DNA of 50,713 bases from Mycobacterium sp. (GCA_040398885.1 JBBATF010000001.1), one strand, 5' to 3'. Positions 9,287 to 19,057 are shown, counted from the first letter of the stretch. The notes: a model not told the origin generated them from the sequence alone. Numbers and translations: made by a program.

Positions 9287-10375
9287 ATGAGCATTCGCGT
9301 CGCCCACATCGGAACCGGAAACGTGGGCCGGTTGGCGCTTGCCGAACTCATCGAGAACCCGGCCTTCGAGTTGACCGGGTTGTGCGTGTCCACCCCGGAG
9401 AAGGTCGGCAGGGACGCCGGCGAACTGGCCGGGCTGGACACCCTCACCGGGGTGAAGGCCACCTCGGATCTTGACGCGCTGCTGGCGACGGAACCGGAGT
9501 GCGCGGTGTACTGCGCGATGGGCGATACCCGGATGCCGCAGGCCGTGGACGACGTCCGGCGCATCCTCTCCGCCGGTGTCAACGTGGTGGGATCCGCTCC
9601 CGGAATCCTGCAGTTCCCCTGGAACGTCATTCCCGACAAGTTCATCCGGCCCCTGGAAGACGCTGCCCGGCTTGGTGATTCGAGCATCTTCATCAGCGGG
9701 GTGGATCCGGGTTTCGTCACCGACCTGATCCCGCTGGCCTTCGCCGGCGCCTGCCGCCGCATCGAACAGGTGCGCTGCATGGAGATCGCCGACTACGCCA
9801 CCTACGACGGCGCCGTCGTGATGTTCGACGTGATGGGCTTCGGCCGGCCGCTCGAGGAATTGCCGGTGTTGTTTCAGCCCGGGGTGCTCGGGATCGCCTG
9901 GGGCTGCGCCGTCCGCCAACTCGCGGCCGGACTGAACGTCGAAATCGATTCGATCACCGAAAGCTACGAGCGTGAGCCGGCCCCCGAGCCCTTCGACATC
10001 GCCGCCGGCCACATCCCGCAGGGCTCGGTGGCAGCGGTGCGGTTCCAGATCAACGGGATGGTGGCCGGCCACCCGGCGATCGTCGTCGAACACGTCACCC
10101 GGCTTCGCGGCGACCTGCGTCCGGACTGGGCGCAACCGGCCCAAGCGGGCGGCTCCTACCGCGTCGAAATCACCGGGGAGCCGTCGTACGCCGTGGACAT
10201 CTGCCCGACCAGCCGATACGGCGACCACAACCACGCCGCGATCGCGGGCGCGGCGGCTCGCATCGTGAACGCGATCCCCGCCGTCATCGCCGCCCCGGTC
10301 GGGATCCGCACCACACTTGACCTTCCACTGGTCTCCCGAGTGCGCGTGTTCGCAGGGGACACCCCCGGCCCCTGA
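9287..10375 (+). CDS. Dihydrodipicolinate reductase-like NAD(P)-dependent oxidoreductase
   Basis: MSIRVAHIGTGNVG Rossmann motif, SGVDPGF, RIVNAIPAV. Confidence 0.8.
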   Translation: MSIRVAHIGTGNVGRLALAELIENPAFELTGLCVSTPEKVGRDAGELAGLDTLTGVKATSDLDALLATEPECAVYCAMGDTRMPQAVDDVRRILSAGVNVVGSAPGILQFPWNVIPDKFIRPLEDAARLGDSSIFISGVDPGFVTDLIPLAFAGACRRIEQVRCMEIADYATYDGAVVMFDVMGFGRPLEELPVLFQPGVLGIAWGCAVRQLAAGLNVEIDSITESYEREPAPEPFDIAAGHIPQGSVAAVRFQINGMVAGHPAIVVEHVTRLRGDLRPDWAQPAQAGGSYRVEITGEPSYAVDICPTSRYGDHNHAAIAGAAARIVNAIPAVIAAPVGIRTTLDLPLVSRVRVFAGDTPGP

Positions 10376-10408
10376 GCGGCGTTGCCGTGGTCGCGGGCGG
10401 GGTGATGC

Positions 10409-10756
10409 TTACGGGAAGCCGGGTCCGATCACGACCCCCGGGTACCCCCCGTAATTTCCGCCGTTGACGTACTGCGACAAGCAGATCGCCCGCCACGTCC
10501 CGCCGCCGACGCTGCAGTTCAGGATCGCCGTCTGGTCAGGTGCCGCCCCCAGGATGTGGGGCGGGCGCGACGGGATGGCGCAGTTGTCCAGGTAGGGGTT
10601 CAGCGGGGCGATGCCGTTGTAGCAGGGCGCGGCCGGCATGGGACCCGACTCCGCTGAGGCGATGCCGACCGGTCCGGTTCCCAGCGCGGCAAGCAATGCC
10701 CCGCCCAGCGCCCAAATGGCGTGTGCGATTGTTCGCCGACGATCTACGGTGGGCAC
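10409..10756 (-). CDS. Small secreted Cys-containing hypothetical protein
   Basis: Signal peptide ending in ASA, 4 Cys. Confidence 0.6.
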   Translation of the reverse strand: MPTVDRRRTIAHAIWALGGALLAALGTGPVGIASAESGPMPAAPCYNGIAPLNPYLDNCAIPSRPPHILGAAPDQTAILNCSVGGGTWRAICLSQYVNGGNYGGYPGVVIGPGFP

Positions 10757-10792
10757 GCGTTAAACGGTACTCCTGAAACCGGCGGGGGTGAT

Positions 10793-11245
10793 ATGGCTGG
10801 CGTGCTGACGGCGACCGGCGGGTTCCTGCTGGCGGTGTTGTGGATCGACCTGATGTTCGACACTCAGGCTCGCGGGCGCGGCGAGGCCGTCGACCACGCC
10901 GCGCTGGATTCGATCACCGCCTACTACCGACGGGCGACGACCGACTCCCAGCCGATGTCCGGACTGATCGCGGCGGTCATGGCACTGCTCCTGGCCGCCC
11001 TGATCGGCGAGGCGCTGCTCGGCGGCACCCCGGCCTGGGTGTTGGTCCTCTCGGCGGTCCTGGCCGGTGGCCCGATCTTCCTTGCTTCAGCCCGGACCGT
11101 TCCCAATGCGGTCCGACTGGGCCGGCGCACCGGCAGCCCTGCGGAGCAGACCCGGTTGGCAAGGGCGGTGCTGGCCGATCACCTCCTCTGCGTGATCGGT
11201 ATGGCGATGTTCGTGGCGTTGTGGGTCGTCCGGTCGCTAAACTAG
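10793..11245 (+). CDS. Hypothetical membrane protein
   Basis: Four hydrophobic segments, GFLLAVLWIDLMFD motif. Confidence 0.7.
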   Translation: MAGVLTATGGFLLAVLWIDLMFDTQARGRGEAVDHAALDSITAYYRRATTDSQPMSGLIAAVMALLLAALIGEALLGGTPAWVLVLSAVLAGGPIFLASARTVPNAVRLGRRTGSPAEQTRLARAVLADHLLCVIGMAMFVALWVVRSLN

Positions 11246-11256
11246 AACACGTTCCA
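11243..11256. promoter_or_regulatory. KstR operator
   Basis: TAGAACACGTTCCA is an exact match to TnnAACnnGTTnnA, 32 bp upstream of the Rv1894c-like gene. Confidence 0.75.
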
Positions 11257-11288
11257 GTTGCCTGCCCACGAGGCCAAGGAGATCGGCC

Positions 11289-12416
11289 ATGCACACTTCC
11301 CTCTGCGACGACCTCGGTATCGAGTTCCCGATCTTCGCGTTCACCCACTGCCGGGACGTGGTGGTCGCGGTCAGCAAGGCCGGAGGTTTCGGCGTCCTGG
11401 GCGCCGTCGGGTTCACGCCCGAGCAACTCGAGATCGAACTGAACTGGATCGACGAGCAGATCGGTGACCGTCCCTACGGGGTGGACATCGTGATACCGAA
11501 CAAGTACGAGGGCATGGACACCGACATGTCCGGCGAAGAACTGGCCGAGGCGTTGCGCAAGCTCGTGCCCCAGCAGCATCTGGACTTCGCCAAGAAGATC
11601 CTGTCCGACCACGGCGTGCCCACCGGCGACGCGGACTCCCACGCGCTGAAGCTGCTCGGCTGGACCGAGGCGACCGCCACCCCGCAGGTCGAGGTCGCGC
11701 TGCGGCACCCCAAGGTCACCCTGATCGCCAACGCCCTGGGCACCCCGCCGGCCGACATGATCGCGCACATCCACGCGGCCGGCCGAAAGGTCGCCGCGCT
11801 GTGCGGATCTCCCGCCCAGGCCCGCAAACACGCCGAGGCCGACGTCGACATCATCATCGCCCAGGGCGGCGAAGGCGGCGGTCACTGCGGCGAGGTCGGC
11901 TCGATCGTGCTCTGGCCGCAGGTGGTCAAGGCGGTGGCGCCGCGCCCGGTGCTCGCGGCCGGCGGGATCGGCAGCGGCGAGCAGATCGCCGCCGCCCTGG
12001 CACTGGGCTGCCAGGGCACCTGGTCGGGCTCGCAGTGGCTGATGGTCGAGGAGGCCCACAACACCCCGGTCCAGCAGGCCGCCTACGTCAAGGCCACCAG
12101 CCGGGACACCGTTCGCAGCCGCTCGTTCACCGGCAAGCCGTGCCGGATGCTGCGCAACGAGTGGACTCAGGCGTGGGAGACCCCCGGAAACCCGGAACCG
12201 CTCGGAATGCCGTTGCAGTACATGGTTTCCGGGATGGCGGTGGCCGCGACCAACAAGTACCCCAACGAGACCGTCGACGTCGCCTTCAACCCGGTGGGTC
12301 AGGTGGTCGGCCAGTTCAGCAAGGTCGAGAAGAGCGCCGCGGTCATCGAGCGGTGGGTCCGGGAGTACCTGGACGCCTCCAACCGCCTGAACGTCCTGAA
12401 CGAGGCTGCGGTCTAG
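11289..12416 (+). CDS. Nitronate monooxygenase family flavoprotein (Rv1894c-like)
   Basis: AQGGEGGGHCG and VLAAGGIG motifs; synteny. Confidence 0.88.
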   Translation: MHTSLCDDLGIEFPIFAFTHCRDVVVAVSKAGGFGVLGAVGFTPEQLEIELNWIDEQIGDRPYGVDIVIPNKYEGMDTDMSGEELAEALRKLVPQQHLDFAKKILSDHGVPTGDADSHALKLLGWTEATATPQVEVALRHPKVTLIANALGTPPADMIAHIHAAGRKVAALCGSPAQARKHAEADVDIIIAQGGEGGGHCGEVGSIVLWPQVVKAVAPRPVLAAGGIGSGEQIAAALALGCQGTWSGSQWLMVEEAHNTPVQQAAYVKATSRDTVRSRSFTGKPCRMLRNEWTQAWETPGNPEPLGMPLQYMVSGMAVAATNKYPNETVDVAFNPVGQVVGQFSKVEKSAAVIERWVREYLDASNRLNVLNEAAV

Positions 12417-12421
12417 CCGGC

Positions 12422-12865
12422 TCAGCCGACCGGGTCGAACTGGCTGCCGTTGCCCCAGGCGCCGTTCCTGAGGAATCCGGGCTGCCAACCGCGATCACCC
12501 AGGCACAGCATCGGCAGGCCGTCCGGGGACTGCGCCGCGGCTTGCGGGCCCGGGCACGGCGAGCCGACGGCCTGGACGCCGTACAGCCGGGGCGAGATCA
12601 CCCAGAAGCCGGTGCCCTCCGGCGGCCGGTCCATGCCGATGTAGGACATACCGGCGATGAAGTGGCATGCCAGAGCCTCGCCGCCGGGTCCGCGACCGAA
12701 GATGAACCTGTCCCAGCGATAGCACGGCGCACTCAGATGCGCGTCGTAGACCATGTTCGGCACATCGCCGCGGTAGGTCATCTGGGTCCCGTCGGCGATC
12801 GCCGACGGCGCCGCCCCCAGCACTCCGCCCGCAACGGCCGCTGCGATCACGAGTTCGCGGATCAT
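12422..12865 (-). CDS. Secreted conserved mycobacterial protein (Rv1891-like)
   Basis: MIRELV signal peptide, RFIFGRGP and AAAQSPDGLPMLC motifs. Confidence 0.8.
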   Translation of the reverse strand: MIRELVIAAAVAGGVLGAAPSAIADGTQMTYRGDVPNMVYDAHLSAPCYRWDRFIFGRGPGGEALACHFIAGMSYIGMDRPPEGTGFWVISPRLYGVQAVGSPCPGPQAAAQSPDGLPMLCLGDRGWQPGFLRNGAWGNGSQFDPVG

Positions 12866-12875
12866 GCCTGCGAGC

Positions 12876-13514
12876 CTAGCCGTTGAACGATCCCGGGCTC
12901 GGGCAAACCGCGCACTTGATGGTCGTGGTCACCGCGACCAACTGCGGTGTCGGCGGCGCGGATGAGAACCCGAACGCCACCGGCGGTTCCAGCCGCCCCA
13001 GCCCGCCCAGGTCGACGCCGTCGAAGCTGCCGTCGACCGAGTCGATCAGCCACAGCCGCCGGACCCCGTAGTACTCCCGCCGGCCGTTGCCGGCGCTGCC
13101 CGCCGTGTGGACTCCCCGAACCATGCGGGAGGCGATCGGATCGATCATCCGCAGCCACCACGGCTGCGTCGCGACGAACCCGGGCACCGCGCGCAGCAAC
13201 CGGTCCAGCGGCGCCGCGCGGCCGATGCCGGCGGTGACGTCCAACCCCGGCGCCGCCACGGTTAGTCGACGCTCGGACAACTCCGCTTCGACCGCGCCCA
13301 CTTCGACACGGTCGAATCGGTAGGTGCCGGCGACGAATTCGGCCACCCGGGCGGTCGGGGCCAACAGGATCCGTTCGTCGGCACCGGTCTGCACCATCAC
13401 GTCGGTGAACGGGCCGAACGGCGAGGTCTCCCACCTGCCGACCACCATCCGGACCCCGGCGGTGGTGCCGAATCCGGCGATGTGACCGGTGAAGACGAGC
13501 CGCTGTCCACCCAC
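12876..13514 (-). CDS. Conserved actinobacterial hypothetical protein
   Basis: FTGHIAGFGT...SPFGPFTDVM...GRREYYG; GTG start inferred. Confidence 0.65.
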   Translation of the reverse strand: MGGQRLVFTGHIAGFGTTAGVRMVVGRWETSPFGPFTDVMVQTGADERILLAPTARVAEFVAGTYRFDRVEVGAVEAELSERRLTVAAPGLDVTAGIGRAAPLDRLLRAVPGFVATQPWWLRMIDPIASRMVRGVHTAGSAGNGRREYYGVRRLWLIDSVDGSFDGVDLGGLGRLEPPVAFGFSSAPPTPQLVAVTTTIKCAVCPSPGSFNG

Positions 13515-13625
13515 CCGATCGAGGGTAGCGGGACACGATCGCACCGAGAAACGCCGTCGGCGCAGCGTGGATTTCGCCGCCCGAAGTGGTTCGCTTGGAA
13601 GGGAACCAAACAAAGGGGAGCGCCA

Positions 13626-14297
13626 ATGCCGGACCGTCGACTCATCGCGGTGGCAGCCGCAGCCGTGGCAACCGCTGTCGCGGTCCTGCCCACCGCCGCG
13701 GCCGACCCCACCGCGCAGTACCCGACCGACGAGCACGGCTTCACCGGCTCGGCGGCGCGCTGCGACGACGAGCAGACCCTGGTGCAGTTCGGCCGGACGT
13801 CGCGCGCACTGGTGGCCATCTGCATCAGCCCGGACGGCGAACTGGAGTACCGCGGGGTGCGAATCAGCGACCAGGCCGGACTGACGATGCCCGCCACCCG
13901 GGCCGCCGACGGCACCATCACCGCGGTCAACGACGGCGTCACCTACACCGTCACACCGCAGGTGATTCTGGTGTCCGAGGGCGACAACGTGCTTTACCGG
14001 GACCCCTGGACCGAGTACCACGGTCCGCGGTTCCCCGCCGGCACCACCCCGTCGGCCAGTTCGGCCGCCCCGGCACCCCCGGCCAGTTCGGCCGCCCCGG
14101 CACCCCCGGCCAGTTCGGCCGCCCCGGCACCGTCGGCCAGTTCGGCCGCCCCGGCACCCCCGGCCAGTTCGGCCGCCCCCGAACCCCCGGCCAGTTCGGC
14201 CGCCCCCGAACCGTCGGCCAGTTCGGGCCCGACCTCGCCTCCGACGGTCAGCACCACCACGGTCACCCTGACCCCCACGAAGTCGTCCTCGGGATGA
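13626..14297 (+). CDS. Secreted protein with Pro/Ala/Ser tandem-repeat tail
   Basis: GGGGAG RBS, signal peptide, two-Cys domain, (PPASSAAPA)n tail. Confidence 0.75.
   Translation: MPDRRLIAVAAAAVATAVAVLPTAAADPTAQYPTDEHGFTGSAARCDDEQTLVQFGRTSRALVAICISPDGELEYRGVRISDQAGLTMPATRAADGTITAVNDGVTYTVTPQVILVSEGDNVLYRDPWTEYHGPRFPAGTTPSASSAAPAPPASSAAPAPPASSAAPAPSASSAAPAPPASSAAPEPPASSAAPEPSASSGPTSPPTVSTTTVTLTPTKSSSG
14048..14226 (+). repeat. In-frame 27-bp VNTR, about 6.5 copies
   Basis: cggccagttcgg recurs at 14053, 14080, 14107, 14134, 14161, 14188 and 14215. Confidence 0.95.
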
Positions 14298-14839
14298 CCG
14301 ACGTCAGTTGGTCGCTGTCCGCTGACAACGGCGAACTGCTCATCCTCACCGATGTGACGGGCCGGGCCGCCAAGATGGGTCACCGGCTCACCATGGCGAT
14401 GCGATCCTGGCGCGCCTCGATGGACTGGCAGGGCGAGTCGCCGACGCACGCCGAGTTGACCGTCGACGTCGAGTCCCTGGAGGTGGTCAAGGGTGAGGGC
14501 GGCATCACGCCCCTCGGCGGGCCAGAGAAGGGTATCGCCAGGAACAACGCCCTGAAAGCGTTGGACGCCAAGGAGTTTCCCCAGATCCGGTTCACCTCCG
14601 ACGACATCGCCGAGACCGATTCCGGATACCGGATGACCGGCTCGCTGGAGATCCACGGCACCACGCGTCCGCAGGTCGTCGACCTGACGGCGGACCGCAG
14701 CGGCGGGGGGTGGAACCTGTCGGCCCGGATTCGGCTCACCCAGACCGACTACGGGGTGAAGCTCATCTCACTGTTCATGGGGTCGATGAAGGTCGCCGAC
14801 GAACTGACCGTCGACTTCCACGCCACTTATCCCGGGTAG
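14294..14839 (+). CDS. YceI-family lipid-binding protein (Rv1890c-like)
   Basis: GRAAKMGHRLT, FPQIRF, GSLEIHG and QTDYGV motifs; ATGA overlap. Confidence 0.85.
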   Translation: MTDVSWSLSADNGELLILTDVTGRAAKMGHRLTMAMRSWRASMDWQGESPTHAELTVDVESLEVVKGEGGITPLGGPEKGIARNNALKALDAKEFPQIRFTSDDIAETDSGYRMTGSLEIHGTTRPQVVDLTADRSGGGWNLSARIRLTQTDYGVKLISLFMGSMKVADELTVDFHATYPG

Positions 14840-14864
14840 CGGTTATCGCCGGCAGCGGCGACCG

Positions 14865-15620
14865 CTACCAGTTGATGACCACCGGGTCGCCGTAACCCAC
14901 CTGGTTGAAGTACCACAGCGCATTGTCCGGACCGAGATTGATGCAGCCGTGACTGACATTGGCCCACCCCTGCGAGCCCACCGACCACGGCGCGGAGTGG
15001 ACGTAGACCCCGCCCCAGGTGATCCGGACGGCGTCGGCGACGGTGAGCTTGTAGCCTTCGGGATCCTCCAATGGGATTCCGATGGTCCGCGAGTCCATCA
15101 CGATGGTCTTGTACTTCTCCAGGACGCTGAACGATCCGACCGGCGTGGGGAACCGCGGCTTTCCGAACGAGGCGGGCATCTGCCGCATGATCACGCCGTC
15201 GATGCTGACCGTGAAGGTGTAGTTGGAGAGGCTGCCGACCCCCAGCACCGTGGAGCCGGTCCCGAAGCTGCGCCGCTGCCCCCCGGCCATCATCGTGATC
15301 TTCGAGTGCGCCGGCCAGAAACGGTCGGGCAGGAATGCCACGGTGCTGTCGGTTCGCCACTCGTACCTGCCGCTCATCGGGGCCGGCGAGGTGATCTGGA
15401 TCGAACGCTCGGCGGCGGCCCGGTCGGCGACGGGCCGGGTGAATGTCACGACGATCGGGGCCGCCACACCGACGGTCTGGCCGTTGAAGGGCTGCACCGA
15501 GGCCACGGTGGCCGCCGACGCCGACGGGGCGGTCGCGGCCAGGCCGGTGGGGGCGGTGGCTGTCATCGCGGCAACCGCGATCCCCGCAGCGGCGAGTGCC
15601 CGTCGAAGTGCTCTGGCCAT
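14865..15620 (-). CDS. L,D-transpeptidase (single Ig domain, LdtA/LdtMt1-like)
   Basis: HSAPWSVGSQGWANVSHGCINL YkuD catalytic motif; signal peptide. Confidence 0.9.
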   Translation of the reverse strand: MARALRRALAAAGIAVAAMTATAPTGLAATAPSASAATVASVQPFNGQTVGVAAPIVVTFTRPVADRAAAERSIQITSPAPMSGRYEWRTDSTVAFLPDRFWPAHSKITMMAGGQRRSFGTGSTVLGVGSLSNYTFTVSIDGVIMRQMPASFGKPRFPTPVGSFSVLEKYKTIVMDSRTIGIPLEDPEGYKLTVADAVRITWGGVYVHSAPWSVGSQGWANVSHGCINLGPDNALWYFNQVGYGDPVVINW

Positions 15621-15816
15621 GCGCCCGTGGCTCCCTGTCGTTTGTCGTCGCTTTCGAGCACCGGCTGCTCTCAGCAAAGAGCATAGATGCCGGGCCCGGT
15701 CCGGCGTTGCGGTCCGTCACAGAGTCATCGCATCAGTGACCGCGGTCATTACCGCGACTTTCGGAAAGGACCTCGGATCCCGGCGCCGGGCGCGGCGACA
15801 AGACGTCCGGGACGGC

Positions 15817-16158
15817 CTACTTCAACTCGGGCAGTCCGGCCACCATCGGGGTGTCCACCCCGACCGCGCCGAGATCGGTCGCGCCGCCGGGCGTGCCCAG
15901 CGGCGCGACCCGGCCCGGCAGGACGTCGGTGAAGAACGCCGCATTGTCGCCGCGGAACTTCCGCTCGCTCTCCGGCAGGTCGTCCTCGTGGAAGATGGCG
16001 TCGACCTCGCACAGCAGCCGGCAGGCGCCGCAGTCGACGCACTCGTCGGGATTGATGTACATCATGCGGTCGCCCTCGTAGATGCAATCGGCCGGGCACT
16101 CCGCGGCACACGCCTTGTGTTTGACGTCGACGCATGCGGTGGTGATCACATAAGCCAT
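15817..16158 (-). CDS. fdxA: 7Fe ferredoxin FdxA
   Basis: MAYVITTAC...CPADC...CVDCGACxxxC; C-terminal VLPGRVAPLGTPGGA matches Rv2007c as recalled. Confidence 0.88.
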   Translation of the reverse strand: MAYVITTACVDVKHKACAAECPADCIYEGDRMMYINPDECVDCGACRLLCEVDAIFHEDDLPESERKFRGDNAAFFTDVLPGRVAPLGTPGGATDLGAVGVDTPMVAGLPELK

Positions 16159-16192
16159 GACCCAGACGATATCTGTGACCGGCCGTAGCAGA

Positions 16193-16234
16193 CACGGGCC
16201 GAAGGGCCCCGAAGCCGAGGACCAAAGTCCCCGA
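16193..16234 (-). promoter_or_regulatory. Tandem DosR (DevR) boxes upstream of fdxA
   Basis: Minus strand TCGGGGACTTTGGTCCTCGG (16215-16234) and TCGGGGCCCTTCGGCCCGTG (16193-16212) versus consensus TTSGGGACTWWAGTCCCSAA; 22-bp spacing. Confidence 0.75.
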
Positions 16235-16335
16235 CGCCGGCCCTTTTCCGTGTTGGGGCATGGTGCGTGGCTAGCGTCCCGACATGGGGGATCACCATCG
16301 ACCGCCGATCCCGGAATCCGGAGGAAGAGACGACC

Positions 16336-18303
16336 ATGCAAATGACCGACAACCACGGCGAAGTGTTGCGCGCACTGGCCGACACCGTCGTGCCCGCCAT
16401 GCCGCGGGAGGACGACCCCAACGGCTTCTGGGCGGCGAGCGGAAGCAGCCTGGGCGCTGACGCAGGCGTCGCGCAGGCGATCGCCGGGATGCCCGAGGCG
16501 CAGCGCACCGGCCTGCTGAGCCTGCTCGACGGCCTCCACGCGCAGGGGTTCACCAGCGGTTCGCAACAAGAGCGCGAACAACTGCTCAAGACGGTGGCGT
16601 CGATGAGCCCCGAAGCCGAAGCCGGCGTCGGCGGACTGGTCGCGCTCACCACAGTCATGTCCTACTGCGCGCCGGACCCGAACACCGGACTCAATCCGAA
16701 TTGGAAGCAATGGGGTTACGGCGGGCCCCCGGATTGGCAGCTCGGCGGACCCGACCCGCTGCCGATCTACACACCCGCGGGCGACGAGTCGACGATCGAC
16801 GCCGATGTCTGCGTCGTCGGCTCCGGGTGCGGCGGCGGCGTGGTCGCCGGCATGCTGGCCAAGGCGGGGCTCGACGTCGTCGTGCTCGAGGCCGGAAAGT
16901 CCATGAACAATTCCGATTTCCGCGGTTACGAGGTCGAGGGCCTGCGTGACTTGTTCTGGCGTGGCGGCGGCGTGAACTCCTCGGGCGGGAACATGACCAT
17001 GCTGGCCGGGGGCACCGTCGGCGGAGGCATGACCTTGAACTGGTCCAACTTCCTGCGCACCCCGGCGTGGGTACGCGAACAGTGGGCCGAGCAATTCGGG
17101 TTGAAGGACCTCGCCACCCCGGATTACGACGAGGACCAGGACGCGATATGGACACGGCAGGGCGTCAACGACACCTGCTCGGACTACAACGAGTCGCATA
17201 AGGCCCTGCAGCGCGGATCCGAGGCGCTCGGCTGGCATTTCCACAAGCTGAACCGCAACATCGACCCGAGGTTCTACAAGTTCGAACACTCCATGCACGC
17301 GGGCTATGGCGACCGCACCGGGGCCAGGATCGACCTCCGCACCACCTATCTGCGCGATGTCACCGACGCCGGCGGTCGGATCATCGCCAACTGCCACGCG
17401 GACCGGGTTCTGGTCGAGGACGGTCGGGGGGCCGGCGTCGCGGCCACCTACACCAATCCGCAGACCGGCGCGAAGACGGCGCTGACCGTCAGGGCGCCGA
17501 AGGTCGTTGTGGCGGCCGGGTCACTGGAGTCCCCCGCCCTGCTGCTGCGCTCGGGCATCGGCGGGCCGGCCGTCGGGAAGAACCTGCACATGCATCCGGT
17601 CGTGAGCTGCCTCGCTCTCTACCCGCAGCAGATGAACGGATGGCTGGGCGGCCCGATGTGCGCCCAGGTCGACGAATTCGCCGACATCGAGGAGGGCTAC
17701 GGGGTCCTGATACAGAACGCCCAGTGGGTGCCGTCCATCATCAGTACCGCCGTGGCGCGGGAGTCCTTCACCCAACACAAGGAGACGATGTCCCGTCTCG
17801 GCCAGGCGGCGATGTGGGTCGGAATCTCGCGCGACCGCGGGTCGGGCAGCGTCACGATCGACGCCAACGGCGATCCGGTTTATCACTACGACGTCACCGA
17901 CCCGATCGACGAGCGCGTTCTCAACAAGTCCCTCGAGGCGCAGCTGCGTATGCACCACGCGGCGGGCGCCGACGAGATCATCCCGATGTCGGAGAACTTC
18001 GACCGGTGGCGGCGCGGCGAGGACTTCGAGGCGTTCGTCGAGAGAATGAAGGCTTGGCCGAAGGCTCGCGGCGGCCACCGGATCGTCTGTGCGCACCAGC
18101 TGAGCTCGTGCCGGCTGGGCATCGACCCGAATACCTCGGTTGCCAATCCCGACGGGGAGCTGCACGACGTCCCGGGGGTCTACATCGGCGATGCCAGCGG
18201 CTTCCCGACCGCCACCCTCGCCAACCCCATGCTCACGACGCTGGCGATGGGCCACCGCCTCGGCCGGCGTCTGGTCGCGGAGGTCGCCACCACCGTCAGC
18301 TGA
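16336..18303 (+). CDS. GMC family oxidoreductase (long-chain alcohol oxidase-like)
   Basis: VVGSGCGGG FAD motif, GGTVGGGMTLNW, AHQLSSC, ANPMLT; GAGGAAGAG RBS. Confidence 0.88.
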   Translation: MQMTDNHGEVLRALADTVVPAMPREDDPNGFWAASGSSLGADAGVAQAIAGMPEAQRTGLLSLLDGLHAQGFTSGSQQEREQLLKTVASMSPEAEAGVGGLVALTTVMSYCAPDPNTGLNPNWKQWGYGGPPDWQLGGPDPLPIYTPAGDESTIDADVCVVGSGCGGGVVAGMLAKAGLDVVVLEAGKSMNNSDFRGYEVEGLRDLFWRGGGVNSSGGNMTMLAGGTVGGGMTLNWSNFLRTPAWVREQWAEQFGLKDLATPDYDEDQDAIWTRQGVNDTCSDYNESHKALQRGSEALGWHFHKLNRNIDPRFYKFEHSMHAGYGDRTGARIDLRTTYLRDVTDAGGRIIANCHADRVLVEDGRGAGVAATYTNPQTGAKTALTVRAPKVVVAAGSLESPALLLRSGIGGPAVGKNLHMHPVVSCLALYPQQMNGWLGGPMCAQVDEFADIEEGYGVLIQNAQWVPSIISTAVARESFTQHKETMSRLGQAAMWVGISRDRGSGSVTIDANGDPVYHYDVTDPIDERVLNKSLEAQLRMHHAAGADEIIPMSENFDRWRRGEDFEAFVERMKAWPKARGGHRIVCAHQLSSCRLGIDPNTSVANPDGELHDVPGVYIGDASGFPTATLANPMLTTLAMGHRLGRRLVAEVATTVS

Positions 18304-18311
18304 CACCGGAC

Positions 18312-18353
18312 GGTCGCCGCAGCCACGGAGGCCTTCCGTGGCCGCGGCGGACC
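18312..18353 (+). terminator. GC-rich stem-loop after the GMC gene
   Basis: cgccgcagccacgga-N5-tccgtggccgcggcg inverted repeat. Confidence 0.6.
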
Positions 18354-18397
18354 GACCCGAGCGGGCCGAATCGCCCGTCCGGGATTAGGCTTGGCCG

Positions 18398-19057
18398 ATG
18401 ACCGATCAGGACCGAACCGTCACTCGCCGCGCCATCGCCGACGCACTGCTCACCGCTCTGGAACGCCGGCACGACATCGTGGAGGCCATCGTCGAATCCG
18501 GTGACCGGAACGAGGCGATCGACGCGGTGTCGACGCTGCTGGGCACCTCCCGGGTCGGCAGCGAGGCGTTGATGGGTATGCGTCTGGACCAGTTCACCAA
18601 GGAGTCGCGCCGGCGGATCGCCGCGGAACTGGACGACCTCAACAGCCAGTTGAGTTTCACCGCCGCCGAGCGGCCGGCGAGCACCGACGAGAGCTTGCGG
18701 CTGCGACCGTTCTCCCACGAGGGCGACCGTGACATCTTCGCCGTCCGCACCGACGAGGTGGGCGCCGCCGGGGACGGCTCCGGATCGCCGGCGGGCAGCC
18801 TCGAGGACGAAATCCGTTCCGCGCGTGATCGTTTGCGTGCCGAGGAGGCGGCCTGGTTCGTTGCCGTCGACGGCGACGCCAAGGTCGGGATGGTGTTCGG
18901 CGAACTCTCCGGCGGAGAGGTCAACGTGCGGGTCTGGATTCATCCCGAGCACCGCAAGAAGGGCTACGGCACCGCGGCGCTGCGCAGATCCCGCGCGGAG
19001 CTGGCCGCCTTCTTCCCGGCCGTCCCGCTGGTGGTCCGCACGCCGCCCGCCCGCTAG
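18398..19057 (+). CDS. GNAT acetyltransferase with N-terminal GyrA-like helical segment
   Basis: IHPEHRKKGYG acetyl-CoA motif; TAGGCT -10 element 6 nt before ATG (leaderless). Confidence 0.8.
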   Translation: MTDQDRTVTRRAIADALLTALERRHDIVEAIVESGDRNEAIDAVSTLLGTSRVGSEALMGMRLDQFTKESRRRIAAELDDLNSQLSFTAAERPASTDESLRLRPFSHEGDRDIFAVRTDEVGAAGDGSGSPAGSLEDEIRSARDRLRAEEAAWFVAVDGDAKVGMVFGELSGGEVNVRVWIHPEHRKKGYGTAALRRSRAELAAFFPAVPLVVRTPPAR

